Source: Candidatus Forterrea multitransposorum CG_2015-17_Forterrea_25_41 (GTDB taxonomy: Archaea > Iainarchaeota > Iainarchaeia > Iainarchaeales > CSSED10-239). Taken from it: a DNA stretch of 64,000 nucleotides. Shown one piece after another: positions 9,655 through 19,351 of this stretch. The stretch spans positions 672,001 through 736,000 of the forward strand of contig CP045477.1 of assembly GCA_009392915.1 (NCBI GenBank), given 5' to 3'. The notes beneath the pieces were generated by a model. That model did not search any database and was not told the origin of the DNA. It worked only from the letters and a program-made list of their open reading frames with translations. Numbering within the stretch: position 1 is the stretch's first letter; each line of letters starts with the position of its first letter. A program made the position numbers and the translations under genes.

Positions 9655-11382
9655 TCATTCTTCAATTTCTTCTTCTTCTTCAATTTCTTCTTCTATCTTG
9701 TCATCTTTTGCTTTTTGCTTTTGATCTTCTAAATCTTCCATTTTTAATTTTTCAAGAACCATTTTATCTAAATTCTTTTGAAGTTTAGTAGCATCAGCAC
9801 CTGTTATTCTTGAAAGAGCTTGAACAATTTCAGGAGCATATTTTGCAAAGACTTTTCTTTTTTCTAATTTTTCAGCTTCTTTCTTTTTATCAATAATATA
9901 TCTTCCAAGTCTTCTTGAAACATCCATTAAAGCAAGCTTTGTTTCTGCTAAAATTTCTTCTTCATCAGCAATTGCAGATTTACCAGCTGAAGTGTAAGGG
10001 ATATGCACAGAAATTAAATTTACAAAAACAGTTACTGGAGCAGATTCAAAATTATGAATACCATATCTTTTCCAATCAATAGATTGAACAGTTTTTGTAA
10101 TTGCACAACCTCCTGCATCAAATAAAAGAGGAGATTTATTTGCATATCTTATTATTTCAGAAACTCTTACTTCTTTAGTATCTTCTTCATTATCAAGAGA
10201 ATCTTTTCTGTTTTTAGCTTTTGGAGAAGAAACACTTACAAGACGTCCTGCATTACCTCCAAAAGCAACAGCAACTTCAACTTGGAAAGCATATCCTCCT
10301 TTATAAACAGAAGGCTTTCTAGTATACACAAAACAAAATTCAGGCTCAACAATTGTTTGTAAAGACTTTTCAATAAAATTTTCACCAATTGGAACTAAGT
10401 TATTTGTGTTTGGTGCAATAAATTTAGTTTTCTTAATAGCAGATACAATTTCTTCTGCTTCTTCCCAAGTTATTTTTCTTGGATCTTTATTAATATCAAA
10501 ATGAATCATTTTTGCAATTGAATCAACTGCAGTTTGACCAAATCTATCAAAAGTTAACATAAGATAAGAAGATATTTTTCTTGCAGAAGTATATCTTGCA
10601 AGAGATAATAATTCATCAACAGTAACTCCTCTAGGGTGAGGTTTTACTTGTTTTGGTATCTTTGGTAAAGTTTTAACTATTCTTTCATATTTTGTAACTT
10701 CTTGGAAAGGATCTTGAAAAACTATAGTTGCATGAGGATTTGCAATAGCAGTTCTTCTTAAATATTCATCAACAGAACCTTGTCCTTTCTTATACTGGAT
10801 TTCTTTAAATTTAGCTTTTATTCCAGTACCTCTAAATTTTTTTTCTAAATATACTTTATTTGTCATTTTTGGAGAATTAGTTTTTGAATCAATTGTTATT
10901 TCTAAAGAAACTGCTCTTTCTTTTGAAGTTCCAGAAATAACTTTTGTTGGTTTTCCAGTTGTAATTTGTGAAAATAAAATAATTCCTGAAACACCAATTC
11001 CTTGTTGTCCTCTAGTCTGAACTAACCTATGAAATTTAGTTCCAGCTAAAAGCTTTCCTAAAGCAGAACCAATTTTGTTTTCTGGAATACCAGGACCATT
11101 ATCCATTACAGATATTTCATAATATTCTTCTCCAATCTCTGAAATCTTAACTTCAATCTCAGGTAAGATACCTGCTTCTTCACAAGCATCTAAAGAATTT
11201 GTAACTAGTTCGTGAATAATTGTTGTTAAAGTTCTTTGTTTTCCATAAAGTCCTAACATTTGTCTGTTTTTTTTAAAAAAGTCAGCAACTGAATGTTCTT
11301 TAAATTCAGAGAATAAAACATTAGCATCTATTCCATCTTTTGAAACTTGAGTTTCTTGTTTTGTTATTTTTTCATTACTCAT
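9655..11382 (-). CDS. top6B: DNA topoisomerase VI subunit B (GHKL ATPase).
   Basis: Bergerat fold 'ELVTNSLDACEE' and 'MDNGPGI', plus a 'GQQGIG' G-box. Ends in an acidic tail. Adjacent to top6A. Confidence 0.85.
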   Translation of the reverse strand: MSNEKITKQETQVSKDGIDANVLFSEFKEHSVADFFKKNRQMLGLYGKQRTLTTIIHELVTNSLDACEEAGILPEIEVKISEIGEEYYEISVMDNGPGIPENKIGSALGKLLAGTKFHRLVQTRGQQGIGVSGIILFSQITTGKPTKVISGTSKERAVSLEITIDSKTNSPKMTNKVYLEKKFRGTGIKAKFKEIQYKKGQGSVDEYLRRTAIANPHATIVFQDPFQEVTKYERIVKTLPKIPKQVKPHPRGVTVDELLSLARYTSARKISSYLMLTFDRFGQTAVDSIAKMIHFDINKDPRKITWEEAEEIVSAIKKTKFIAPNTNNLVPIGENFIEKSLQTIVEPEFCFVYTRKPSVYKGGYAFQVEVAVAFGGNAGRLVSVSSPKAKNRKDSLDNEEDTKEVRVSEIIRYANKSPLLFDAGGCAITKTVQSIDWKRYGIHNFESAPVTVFVNLISVHIPYTSAGKSAIADEEEILAETKLALMDVSRRLGRYIIDKKKEAEKLEKRKVFAKYAPEIVQALSRITGADATKLQKNLDKMVLEKLKMEDLEDQKQKAKDDKIEEEIEEEEEIEE

Positions 11383-11537
11383 AAAGTATCACTAAAATAT
11401 ATTTATATATATAATATACTTAAAAAGATTTAAAAAGGTTATCTTAAATCTTTCTAAACTTTTCAAAATAAAAAGTATTAAAGAATATTTAAAGCAATAA
11501 GTATTTATATTTAACTTATAAAAAAGATACATAAAAA

Positions 11538-12812
11538 CTAACTTCTTAAATTAAATTTAAAAACAAAAGCATCTAATGGAAGATTGTTTTTAGCAGCAGT
11601 TACATTTTCTGAAGAATAATGATACATTTCGATATATTCTATATTTCCATTAAATTGTTCTGCAAAAGAATCAATAGAGCCTAAATTTGCAGCACCAAAA
11701 ACATTCTTAGGATTATAATTTTCAGAATAATAAATTGGATCAACATGTCCTCCATATGGCCAAGTCCAAACTTCTGAACAAATAATGTTCCTAAATTCAT
11801 CATAATAACATGCACTAAAGTTTTTTCCAGTCTTAAATAAAATTACTTCATAATAATCACTGGATGGAGGAAATTTAAATTCAGATTGAAAAGGTTCTGC
11901 AAATTCATCCCAACCTCCCCACCACCAAGAATTAGCACCACCAACAGCAACTATGTGTTGAGAAGGAATAATTTGTAATTTAAATCCACTCCTATTAGTC
12001 CCAGTCATTCCAACAGTCCCAGAATATTTATAAGACATTAAAGTATTTGCAGAAGTTAAAGAATCAATTTTAAATTTAAGTTTAATAATAAAATTTGAAA
12101 TATTTGGAAGATCTAGATCTCCATTAACATCAACATAACTTTCATTTACATCTAATCTATAAGCTAAAGGGAAAAGTTCTTCAAAAGAATAAATTTTATT
12201 TCCATCAAAATAATTATTATAATAAGAAAGAGTTTTTTCTCCAGAATCATCCCATCTAAAAGCAAATCTTGAAGAAGTTTTTGATTGATTATTTTTAACA
12301 GACTCAATAGATAAATAATAAGTATCTCCACAAGAAATAGTATCTAAAGGAATATTTGAAACAACTAAATTATTTAAAATATTTGGATTTAAATTTTCAG
12401 AATCCTGAATAACATCATTATAAGTTACAACATATCTACTATTTTCTATTTTTTCATTATTTGAAGTCTCTAAAATAAGTTTATAAGTACCATCTTTTGA
12501 AATTGGTTTCCAAGAAAAATCTAAAAGACCAACTTTATTTTTTGAATTTTCTGGATTAACTAAATAACAATCTAAATATTTTGCGTTTACAGAAACAATA
12601 GTAGGTGCTAAAGGAGCATCTTTTGAAGAAGAAATATTGTTTGCTTGATCTGAAACAGAATCTCTTGATTGTCCACCTAAAGATACAAGAATAGTTATTA
12701 TAATTACAGCAATTAATACAGCACCACCAATTAATATTAAAGTTTCAAGACTTGCTTGACCTTTATTTTTTAATAAATTTAGTAATTTAGAAGGATTTTT
12801 AATAATAGCCAT
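11538..12812 (-). CDS. Pilin-like surface protein with an archaeal class III (prepilin) signal peptide and a conserved N-terminal domain shared with two other proteins in the window.
   Basis: N-terminus 'KNKGQASLETLILIGGAVLIAVIIITILV'. The downstream 'SLGGQSRDSVSDQ...PLAPTIVSVNAKYLDC...SCGDTYYLSIESVKNNQSKTSSRFAFRWDD' is paralogous to the N-termini of ORFs 57654..62858 and 54616..55113. Confidence 0.6.
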   Translation of the reverse strand: MAIIKNPSKLLNLLKNKGQASLETLILIGGAVLIAVIIITILVSLGGQSRDSVSDQANNISSSKDAPLAPTIVSVNAKYLDCYLVNPENSKNKVGLLDFSWKPISKDGTYKLILETSNNEKIENSRYVVTYNDVIQDSENLNPNILNNLVVSNIPLDTISCGDTYYLSIESVKNNQSKTSSRFAFRWDDSGEKTLSYYNNYFDGNKIYSFEELFPLAYRLDVNESYVDVNGDLDLPNISNFIIKLKFKIDSLTSANTLMSYKYSGTVGMTGTNRSGFKLQIIPSQHIVAVGGANSWWWGGWDEFAEPFQSEFKFPPSSDYYEVILFKTGKNFSACYYDEFRNIICSEVWTWPYGGHVDPIYYSENYNPKNVFGAANLGSIDSFAEQFNGNIEYIEMYHYSSENVTAAKNNLPLDAFVFKFNLRS

Positions 12813-12879
12813 ACATAATCACTTATAATATTAGCTATATTAATGTATAAATACTTTACTAATAATTAAAAAAATCATT

Positions 12880-14988
12880 ATGTGCTCAATAATTGGTTTT
12901 GTAAACTACAAAGAAACTAAAAAAGAAATAATCTCTGCGTTTAAAACTCTAGAAAAAAGAGGTCTTGATGGATATGGAGTTTTTTGTAATGATAAGTGTA
13001 GTTATTTTAAAGAGATTAAAGAGATAGAATCTAAAAACATCCCTGATGATGTTGTTTTTGGACACAACTTACTTTCTATAACAGGAAATGTTTCACAACC
13101 TATTATTATTGATAAAAAAGTACTTTTATCTAATTGTGAAATATATAATTACAAAGAACTTTCTTCAAAATACAAAATAGATTCAAAAAATGATTCTGAT
13201 TTTTTACTTAAAGCAATAATAAAGATTGGAAAAAAAATATTTACTGAAATTAATGGACCTTATGCTATATGTTATTATGATGGCAGAGAAATTTATTTAA
13301 GAAGAGATTTATTAGGGATAAAGCCTTTATGGTATTCAATAGAAAAAAAATCATTTGGGTTTGCTTCAGAAAAGAAAGTTTTAGAAAATGCAGGTTTTAA
13401 AAAAATTGAATTTTTAGATCCTAGAAAAGAACTTTCTTATAATGTTTTAAAAAATAAAATTAGTTTTAAACAAATACCATTCTTTAAAATAGAAAAAAAA
13501 CAAACAACAAAAGAAAAAGTATATGAAAAACTAAAAAATGCAATTTTTAAAAGAGCATCTGGAAAACAAAAAATTGCTCTTTTATATAGTTCAGGAATAG
13601 ATTCTTTAGTTATTGCAAAAATTTTAAAAGATAATAAAATTCCTTTTAAAGGGTACTTTGCATATTCTCAAGATATTTTAAACCCTAAAGATCTTTCAAA
13701 TGTTTTAAGAACAGAAAAAGAATATGGTTTTTCTATTGAAAAGATTAAAATTTCTAAAACAGAAATTGAAAAAACATTACCTTTACTTATAGAGAGAGTA
13801 GAGTCATCAAACCCTATAAAAATTGGTGTGTCCTTACCTATATACTTTGCTTCAAAAAAAGCAAGAAAAGATGGTTGTAAAGTTATTCTTTCAGGACTAG
13901 GATCTGATGAAATTTTTGCAGGATATTCAAGATTTAAAGAATCAACTAATCTTTTAAAAGATACTTTAAACCTTTTATACCAAATGCATGAAAATGATCT
14001 TTATAGAGAAGATGTGGTTTGTACAAATAATAACATAGAAGCAAGATTTCCATATCTTGATAAAGAAGTTATTGAAGAATCTTTTTGCCTTACAGACAAA
14101 CAAAAAATTAATAATGAAGAAAATAAAGTAATCTTAAGAGAGATTGGAAAAGAAATTGGTCTTTTAAAAGAAGATTACAAGAGGAAAAAAACAGCAGCAC
14201 AATACGGAAGTGGATTTGATAAAATGATTGAAAAAATAGCAAAAGAAAATAATGTTAAACAAAAAGGAGAATTTCTTAAAAAACTTTCAAAAAAAGAAAA
14301 CCTTACTTTAGGATGTCTTTTCTCAGGTGGAAAAGATTCAAACCTTGCATACCACATTATGGCAAGACAAAATTATAAGATTGCATGCTTAATGACAATG
14401 GTCACTGAAAACCCAGATTCTTATATGTTTCAAAAAATTGATGAAAAAATACTTTCTCTTCAATCCAAAGCATTAGAAGTGCCTTTTGTTTTTCAAAAAA
14501 CAAAAGGAATTAAAGAAGAAGAACTTAAAGACCTTAAAAGATTACTTTTCAAAGCAAAAGAAAAATATTCTCTTCAAGGAATAATTACTGGTGCTATAAA
14601 AAGTAATTATCAAAGAGAAAGAATACAAGATGTTTGTAATGAACTTGGTTTAAGAATGTTTTCTCCTCTTTGGAACAAAACACAAGAAGGTGTTTTAAAA
14701 GAACTTTTAGATGATGACTACCAAGTAATGATTGTAAAAATTGCAGGACAAGGACTTTCTGAAAATTGGCTTGGAAAAGTTTTAACTAAAGAAGACGTCA
14801 TTAACTTAAAAATAATTAATAAAAAGAAAGGAATTAATGTTGCAGGAGAAGGAGGAGAATATGAAAGTATTGTTCTTGATGCTCCACTTTATAAGCAAAA
14901 AATAGTAATCACAAGTGCAAACCCAATTATGGAAAATGAAATCACTGGTTATTTAGATATTTTAAAATTAGGTTTAGAAGAAAAATGA
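12880..14988 (+). CDS. Asparagine synthetase (glutamine-hydrolysing) fused to a C-terminal MJ0570/Dph6-like PP-loop ATPase (diphthine-ammonia ligase-like) domain.
   Basis: Ntn glutaminase 'MCSIIGF...NGEIYNY-like...RDLLGIKPLWY'. AsnB PP-loop 'LYSSGIDSLVIA' and 'RFPYLDKEV...AAQYGSGFDK'. Second PP-loop 'LGCLFSGGKDSNLAYH...AIKSNYQRERIQDVCNELGL...SPLW' in the C-terminal 230 aa. Confidence 0.7.
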   Translation: MCSIIGFVNYKETKKEIISAFKTLEKRGLDGYGVFCNDKCSYFKEIKEIESKNIPDDVVFGHNLLSITGNVSQPIIIDKKVLLSNCEIYNYKELSSKYKIDSKNDSDFLLKAIIKIGKKIFTEINGPYAICYYDGREIYLRRDLLGIKPLWYSIEKKSFGFASEKKVLENAGFKKIEFLDPRKELSYNVLKNKISFKQIPFFKIEKKQTTKEKVYEKLKNAIFKRASGKQKIALLYSSGIDSLVIAKILKDNKIPFKGYFAYSQDILNPKDLSNVLRTEKEYGFSIEKIKISKTEIEKTLPLLIERVESSNPIKIGVSLPIYFASKKARKDGCKVILSGLGSDEIFAGYSRFKESTNLLKDTLNLLYQMHENDLYREDVVCTNNNIEARFPYLDKEVIEESFCLTDKQKINNEENKVILREIGKEIGLLKEDYKRKKTAAQYGSGFDKMIEKIAKENNVKQKGEFLKKLSKKENLTLGCLFSGGKDSNLAYHIMARQNYKIACLMTMVTENPDSYMFQKIDEKILSLQSKALEVPFVFQKTKGIKEEELKDLKRLLFKAKEKYSLQGIITGAIKSNYQRERIQDVCNELGLRMFSPLWNKTQEGVLKELLDDDYQVMIVKIAGQGLSENWLGKVLTKEDVINLKIINKKKGINVAGEGGEYESIVLDAPLYKQKIVITSANPIMENEITGYLDILKLGLEEK

Positions 14989-15010
14989 TTGTTTTTTTAA
15001 AAGAGAACAA

Positions 15011-15457
15011 TCATTTTAAAATATCTTCAACAATTGATAAAAATTCATAAGCACTTTTTTTAATTCCTAAAGAATCTTCTTTAGAACATAAATCTCCAGA
15101 ATATTGAATTGATTCTCTAAAAGATCTATACATGTTTAATAGATTTAAATATTTTAAAACTTGAGGATATTTACTATATTCTTCTTTTAAAAAAGTAATT
15201 AAACAATAATGGCTTCTTTCTGTATATCCTTTATTAAACAATAAAGCTCTTGCTGAATGAAATTAACTATTATAAGACATTAAATAAGAAGTATCATAAT
15301 AATCTATATTAAAACTCCCTTCTGCTCTTTCTAAAAAATGTCTTGAAACTTTAAGTGAACCATTAATTCTTTCAAAAGTATTATTGTCTTTTTTAATTAA
15401 TTTTTTTTCTAAACATTCTTCAAGAGTCATTAATATTAGCACCCCACAAACAAACAT
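15011..15457 (-). pseudogene. HEPN-like domain gene interrupted by an in-frame TAA. It is split into a 64-aa and a 76-aa ORF in the same frame, immediately downstream of the nucleotidyltransferase.
   Basis: The two ORFs are in the same frame, separated by a single TAA at 15263..15265. Joined, the translation reads '...YYDTSYLMSYNS*FHSARALLFNKGYTERSHY', helical and HEPN-like. The gene order NTase then HEPN is typical. Confidence 0.4.
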
Positions 15458-15989
15458 GATTATTTAAAATAGAAGTTATAAATTCATCCTTTTGATTTAA
15501 TTTTTTAACCCATTGGTTTAAAGATAACTTAGTTATATTAATCTCTTTTTTAAAAACATTTTCAAGATTTAAAATTGAATTATAATTTATTTTATCAGAA
15601 TTATAAATTATTAATATATCAACATCGCTATTTTCTGAATAATTACCAGAAGAATATCCACCATAAAGGATTAATGAAACTAAACTAGATTTATTTTCTT
15701 CAATAAATTTAGAAAAAGAAGAAGAATTTAATATACTTCCAATAAAATATGATTTTTTAAAAGATTTTACAAAAACATTATCATTATTAAGACTAAAAAA
15801 AACAGAATTTGATTTTTTCTCTTTAAAAAGAACAGTATCTTTAACATAACTATTACAGTATTTTAAAACACTACTTGCACTTACATTTAATTTTCTAGCA
15901 AGTTCATTTAAATGAATCTTTGTATTTGGATTTTCTATAAAATAAGAGAGAACTTTAAAACCAGTATATTGAGACCATTCTTTAAGCAT
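15420..15989 (-). CDS. Minimal nucleotidyltransferase (MNT-type, pol-beta superfamily) with an N-terminal HTH. Probable antitoxin-like partner of the downstream HEPN-like ORFs.
   Basis: NTase motif 'LILYGGYSSGNYSENSDVDILIIY' (hG[GS]...D.D). N-terminal 'LNELARKLNVSASSVLKY' is HTH-like. Confidence 0.6.
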   Translation of the reverse strand: MLKEWSQYTGFKVLSYFIENPNTKIHLNELARKLNVSASSVLKYCNSYVKDTVLFKEKKSNSVFFSLNNDNVFVKSFKKSYFIGSILNSSSFSKFIEENKSSLVSLILYGGYSSGNYSENSDVDILIIYNSDKINYNSILNLENVFKKEINITKLSLNQWVKKLNQKDEFITSILNNHVCLWGANINDS

Positions 15990-16063
15990 AAATATAATAG
16001 AACCATTTTATTTAAAAAACAATTGTTTTTTTAAAAGAATAATCATTCTTTTAAAAGAATGAT

Positions 16064-16909
16064 TTATTTTCTTACAAACTTTTGCTTAATTCTTGAAAAA
16101 AGACTTTTTTTTTCTTTTAAAGATTCTTTTTTAATTTCTTTTAAATGAAGTGGTTCTTTATGTCTTTCTTTAAAAGAAGTTCTTTCTTTAAATCTTGAAA
16201 GATAATTTTTCATTTCTTCTTTCAATGAGGCTAATTCATTTCTAGAATAAGGATCTGTTCTTAAAGAAAGAATAGCATCTCTTCTACTACTAAGCTTTAT
16301 TTTAGAAGTGTCTTTTAAAGAAAAAACATTTGAAATGCCTGCAAGATTATATATTTTAAAACTCTTAGGATCTAATATTAAAGAAGAAAAACCTAAATTT
16401 TCTGAAGGATTTTTAGAAAGTCCAACAAAAGTTTTTATAAAAACTCTTCTATTTTCTCCATCAATATTTATTTTTGTTGAAAAAACAGAATCTTGTTTAA
16501 AAGCTCTAATAAAACCAAATATAGTTTCTTTACAAGTTGCATAACCAGTATGAAAGATTAACCCTTTAGGAATAATTCCTTTTTTAATCCTCCAAAGCTC
16601 TCTTTCAAGAGAATTAAAGGAATTAATTTTTTTAGAAAATTTATAATTATAACTATTGTTATCAATTGCAAGTAAAAATAAGTTTTTTTGATTAAAAGAA
16701 AGAGATTTATAAACATTTAAAGCACTATTAAGTTCTTTTGAAGAAAAATTATTTAAGTAAGAAAATAATTTAGGATAATCAAGAGTATGAAAATGAAAAA
16801 CTGGACTTCTATGATTATCTGATTTTTGTTTTTTAAAAAGTTTTAAATTTTTACTTTTTTCAGAAATTAATATTTTTTCTAAACTATTTATAAAATCTAG
16901 AGCATCCAT
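16064..16909 (-). CDS. Hypothetical protein.
   Basis: 281-aa ORF with a basic C-terminus and no motif recognised. Confidence 0.3.
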   Translation of the reverse strand: MDALDFINSLEKILISEKSKNLKLFKKQKSDNHRSPVFHFHTLDYPKLFSYLNNFSSKELNSALNVYKSLSFNQKNLFLLAIDNNSYNYKFSKKINSFNSLERELWRIKKGIIPKGLIFHTGYATCKETIFGFIRAFKQDSVFSTKINIDGENRRVFIKTFVGLSKNPSENLGFSSLILDPKSFKIYNLAGISNVFSLKDTSKIKLSSRRDAILSLRTDPYSRNELASLKEEMKNYLSRFKERTSFKERHKEPLHLKEIKKESLKEKKSLFSRIKQKFVRK

Positions 16910-16924
16910 AAATATTTCTTATTT

Positions 16925-17491
16925 TTAAGAAAAATCAATATCATCAATTTTTTCTTCTTCTTTAACTTCTTTATAACCTTCAAGAAGAGAACTTCTTTTG
17001 ATTGCTTTAATTACAGTTGAATGTTTAGCACCAGCAAGAATTTTTTCAACAGCATCTCTTGCATCTTTAATATTATCTTCAGATGCAATTATTGAAACTG
17101 TTTTTCCATAAACAGAAATAATTGAAGAAAATTTACTTTCAATTAATTTTTTAATTCTTCCTTCTCTACCAATAACTCTTCCCTTTATTTGAGTATGTCT
17201 ATGTCTTGAGTTTTTAACATAATCTTCAAGAGGAATAACTTCTAAAACAAAATCATCTTTTAAAAGATTAAAAGCATTCTCTGGAGAAAAACCTCTTCCA
17301 ATTGCAGAAATAATATTCTTTGCAGTATGTACTTCAAAAAAAGATTGATCAGAAGAAATTGTAACTTCTCCTAAATGAGAATCAATATCTATCTTTGTTT
17401 TTGTTTTCTTTTCAATCTGTTTTTTAACAGTTCCATTTGGTCCAATTAAGACAGGAAGTCTATTATGACCAACTCTAATTATTTCTTCCAT
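16925..17491 (-). CDS. KH-domain RNA-binding protein (archaeal Dim2/Pno1-like, two KH domains).
   Basis: 'IIRVGHNRLPVLIGPNGTVKKQIE' and 'RVIGREGRIKKLIE' are KH GxxG-type motifs. Sits in the conserved neighbourhood with the RIO kinase and aIF1A. Confidence 0.7.
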   Translation of the reverse strand: MEEIIRVGHNRLPVLIGPNGTVKKQIEKKTKTKIDIDSHLGEVTISSDQSFFEVHTAKNIISAIGRGFSPENAFNLLKDDFVLEVIPLEDYVKNSRHRHTQIKGRVIGREGRIKKLIESKFSSIISVYGKTVSIIASEDNIKDARDAVEKILAGAKHSTVIKAIKRSSLLEGYKEVKEEEKIDDIDFS

Positions 17492-18212
17492 AAAGCTCTT
17501 CTTTTTTTGTTTTTAAATCTTCTAAAAAAGATTCATAAGTAATATTTTTATTTTTAAATTTTTTATTTAAAAAATCAGTAATAGAAATTATATCTCTTTT
17601 TAAAAAATCTTTAGATAAAGGATGACTATAAACAACAGCTTGGCCCATATCAATAATTGTAATTTCTTCTGTTTCTGGATTTATTAAAATATTAAATGCA
17701 GAAAAATCTGCATGAACAATCTTTGCACCATATAACATTTTTGCATAATTTTCAATTATCTGTGGATAAACCACATCAAAAGAAAACTTCACCTCTGAAA
17801 GTTTAGGAAAAGGAATCCCATCTTTTGAACCTAAAAAAGACATAACAATTATATTTTTTTCTTTTGCAATAACAATTGGAACCTTAACATTATTTCTTAA
17901 AGCTAAAGTTAGATTTTTATATTCTTTTGAAGCCCAGATTAAGAATAACTCTCTTCTGTCTTTAGAGATTCTTTTAAATCTGTGATCTCCAATAATATAT
18001 TTATCCATGTTTTTAAAATCAGAAGTTTCTACTTTATATATCTTTAAAGCAAGAGGAGTATCATTTAAATAACCAAGAAAAGTTATAGCTTCTTTTCCAC
18101 TTGATATTGGAGAATCTATAGTATCCATTATACCATTCTTTGAAAGTTTAAAAATAGCTTCATGTGTTCTATTATCAAACACATAACCTTCAACTTTTCT
18201 TTTTTCAATCAT
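17475..18212 (-). CDS. RIO-type serine protein kinase.
   Basis: 'ISSGKEAITFLG' (ATP loop), 'IVHADFSAFNILI' (catalytic loop) and 'IIDMGQAV' (metal-binding loop). Confidence 0.75.
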   Translation of the reverse strand: MIEKRKVEGYVFDNRTHEAIFKLSKNGIMDTIDSPISSGKEAITFLGYLNDTPLALKIYKVETSDFKNMDKYIIGDHRFKRISKDRRELFLIWASKEYKNLTLALRNNVKVPIVIAKEKNIIVMSFLGSKDGIPFPKLSEVKFSFDVVYPQIIENYAKMLYGAKIVHADFSAFNILINPETEEITIIDMGQAVVYSHPLSKDFLKRDIISITDFLNKKFKNKNITYESFLEDLKTKKEELYGRNN

Positions 18213-18226
18213 TTAAAATAACATCC

Positions 18227-18571
18227 TTAATATCTATTTCTATTACCAGTAGAACTTTGTGCGTGCTTACTCATTTCTGTTAAAAGACCACGTTTTTCAA
18301 GAGCATTTACTTGGAAACCTAAATATCTCCAAACAACATCTCCTTTTGTAGGTTGGAAATCCCATAATTTTACAATTACTAAATCTCCTTGCTTTATCCA
18401 GATGTGTTTAAACATTTTACCAGGAATTCTACAGATTCTTTCTTTTCCATCTTCACACATTATAGAAATATTATTAACACCCATTAATTGAGTAACCACA
18501 CCAAACATTTCAAGTTCTTTTTTATTTGGTGTTTTTAATCTAATATTTGTATTATCAGTATTTGGTTCCAA
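18227..18571 (-). CDS. Translation initiation factor 1A (aIF-1A).
   Basis: S1/OB fold 'GVVTQLMGVNNISIMCEDGKERICRIPGKM...IWIKQGDLVIV' is typical of eIF1A. Confidence 0.8.
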   Translation of the reverse strand: MEPNTDNTNIRLKTPNKKELEMFGVVTQLMGVNNISIMCEDGKERICRIPGKMFKHIWIKQGDLVIVKLWDFQPTKGDVVWRYLGFQVNALEKRGLLTEMSKHAQSSTGNRNRY

Positions 18572-18592
18572 AAATTAATCAACTCCTTTTCT

Positions 18593-18883
18593 CTAAACTT
18601 TATAAATTTGAACATGAGGAATTTTTTCAATATAAATAATTGACTCTTTTACAATTATTTTTTCCTCTAAAAGTAAATTGCAGACTTTTTCTCCAAAAAT
18701 ATTTGCAGAATGACAACTATCAATATACTTTAAAATTTCTTCTTTAGAAAGTAATCTATCACCATAAAAAGATTCTGAAAAATAGATTTCAAAATCATCT
18801 GTAATAATTGTTTTTCCAACTAAAGATTTATCACAAGATGCAAAAATTTTATTTCCACTTACATCATGTATTTTACCAATCAT
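18593..18883 (-). CDS. Hypothetical small protein.
   Basis: 96-aa ORF between the aIF1A and aIF2-beta genes. Confidence 0.3.
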   Translation of the reverse strand: MIGKIHDVSGNKIFASCDKSLVGKTIITDDFEIYFSESFYGDRLLSKEEILKYIDSCHSANIFGEKVCNLLLEEKIIVKESIIYIEKIPHVQIYKV

Positions 18884-18913
18884 AAAAAGTACCTTTCTTT
18901 TAAAACTTAAGAT

Positions 18914-19351
18914 TTACAACTTAGGTAATGGACTTATTGCTCCGCAAGCAGTACATTTTAATATCTTAACATTATTTTGAACAACAATCTCTGTATCTGG
19001 TTTTTTACATGCAGAACAAAGTACAAAATATTTTAGATATTTATCTAATATCTGATTCATCTTTTGATTATTAAAAATACCATTTAATACTAAAGTACCA
19101 TTAACAATAGTAGAAGATGTTGAAATTTCTTTCATAACAAACTTATACATTTGCAATTCTTCTCTTTTTAGGTCTTTTGCACATTTTGAAAAATTTTTCC
19201 AAATAGTTTGTTTACCTTGAACAATAGAGTCAACTGTTGGAAGTTCAAACCTTGTGTTTTCTAATGTTTTTGTTGGAAGAGACATGTAAAGTCTATCTAA
19301 CAAAGAATTATAATCTAAAGGATTATCAGTATTTGTTTTTTCTTTAACCAT
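18914..19351 (-). CDS. Translation initiation factor 2 beta subunit (aIF2-beta).
   Basis: C-terminal zinc ribbon 'CSACKKPDTEIV...CTACGA' and an eIF2-beta/eIF5-like core. Confidence 0.8.
   Translation of the reverse strand: MVKEKTNTDNPLDYNSLLDRLYMSLPTKTLENTRFELPTVDSIVQGKQTIWKNFSKCAKDLKREELQMYKFVMKEISTSSTIVNGTLVLNGIFNNQKMNQILDKYLKYFVLCSACKKPDTEIVVQNNVKILKCTACGAISPLPKL

Noticed and set aside
15263-15265. Alternative genetic code (stop-codon reassignment) suggested by the in-frame TAA in the HEPN-like gene.
   Set aside because: All other genes in the window give long uninterrupted ORFs ending with TAA/TAG/TGA under the standard code. A single nonsense mutation or readthrough is more parsimonious.
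18593-18883. Gar1-like (H/ACA RNP) identity for the 96-aa ORF.
   Set aside because: Only a vague resemblance in the first 25 residues, and the remainder does not fit Gar1. It is left as hypothetical.
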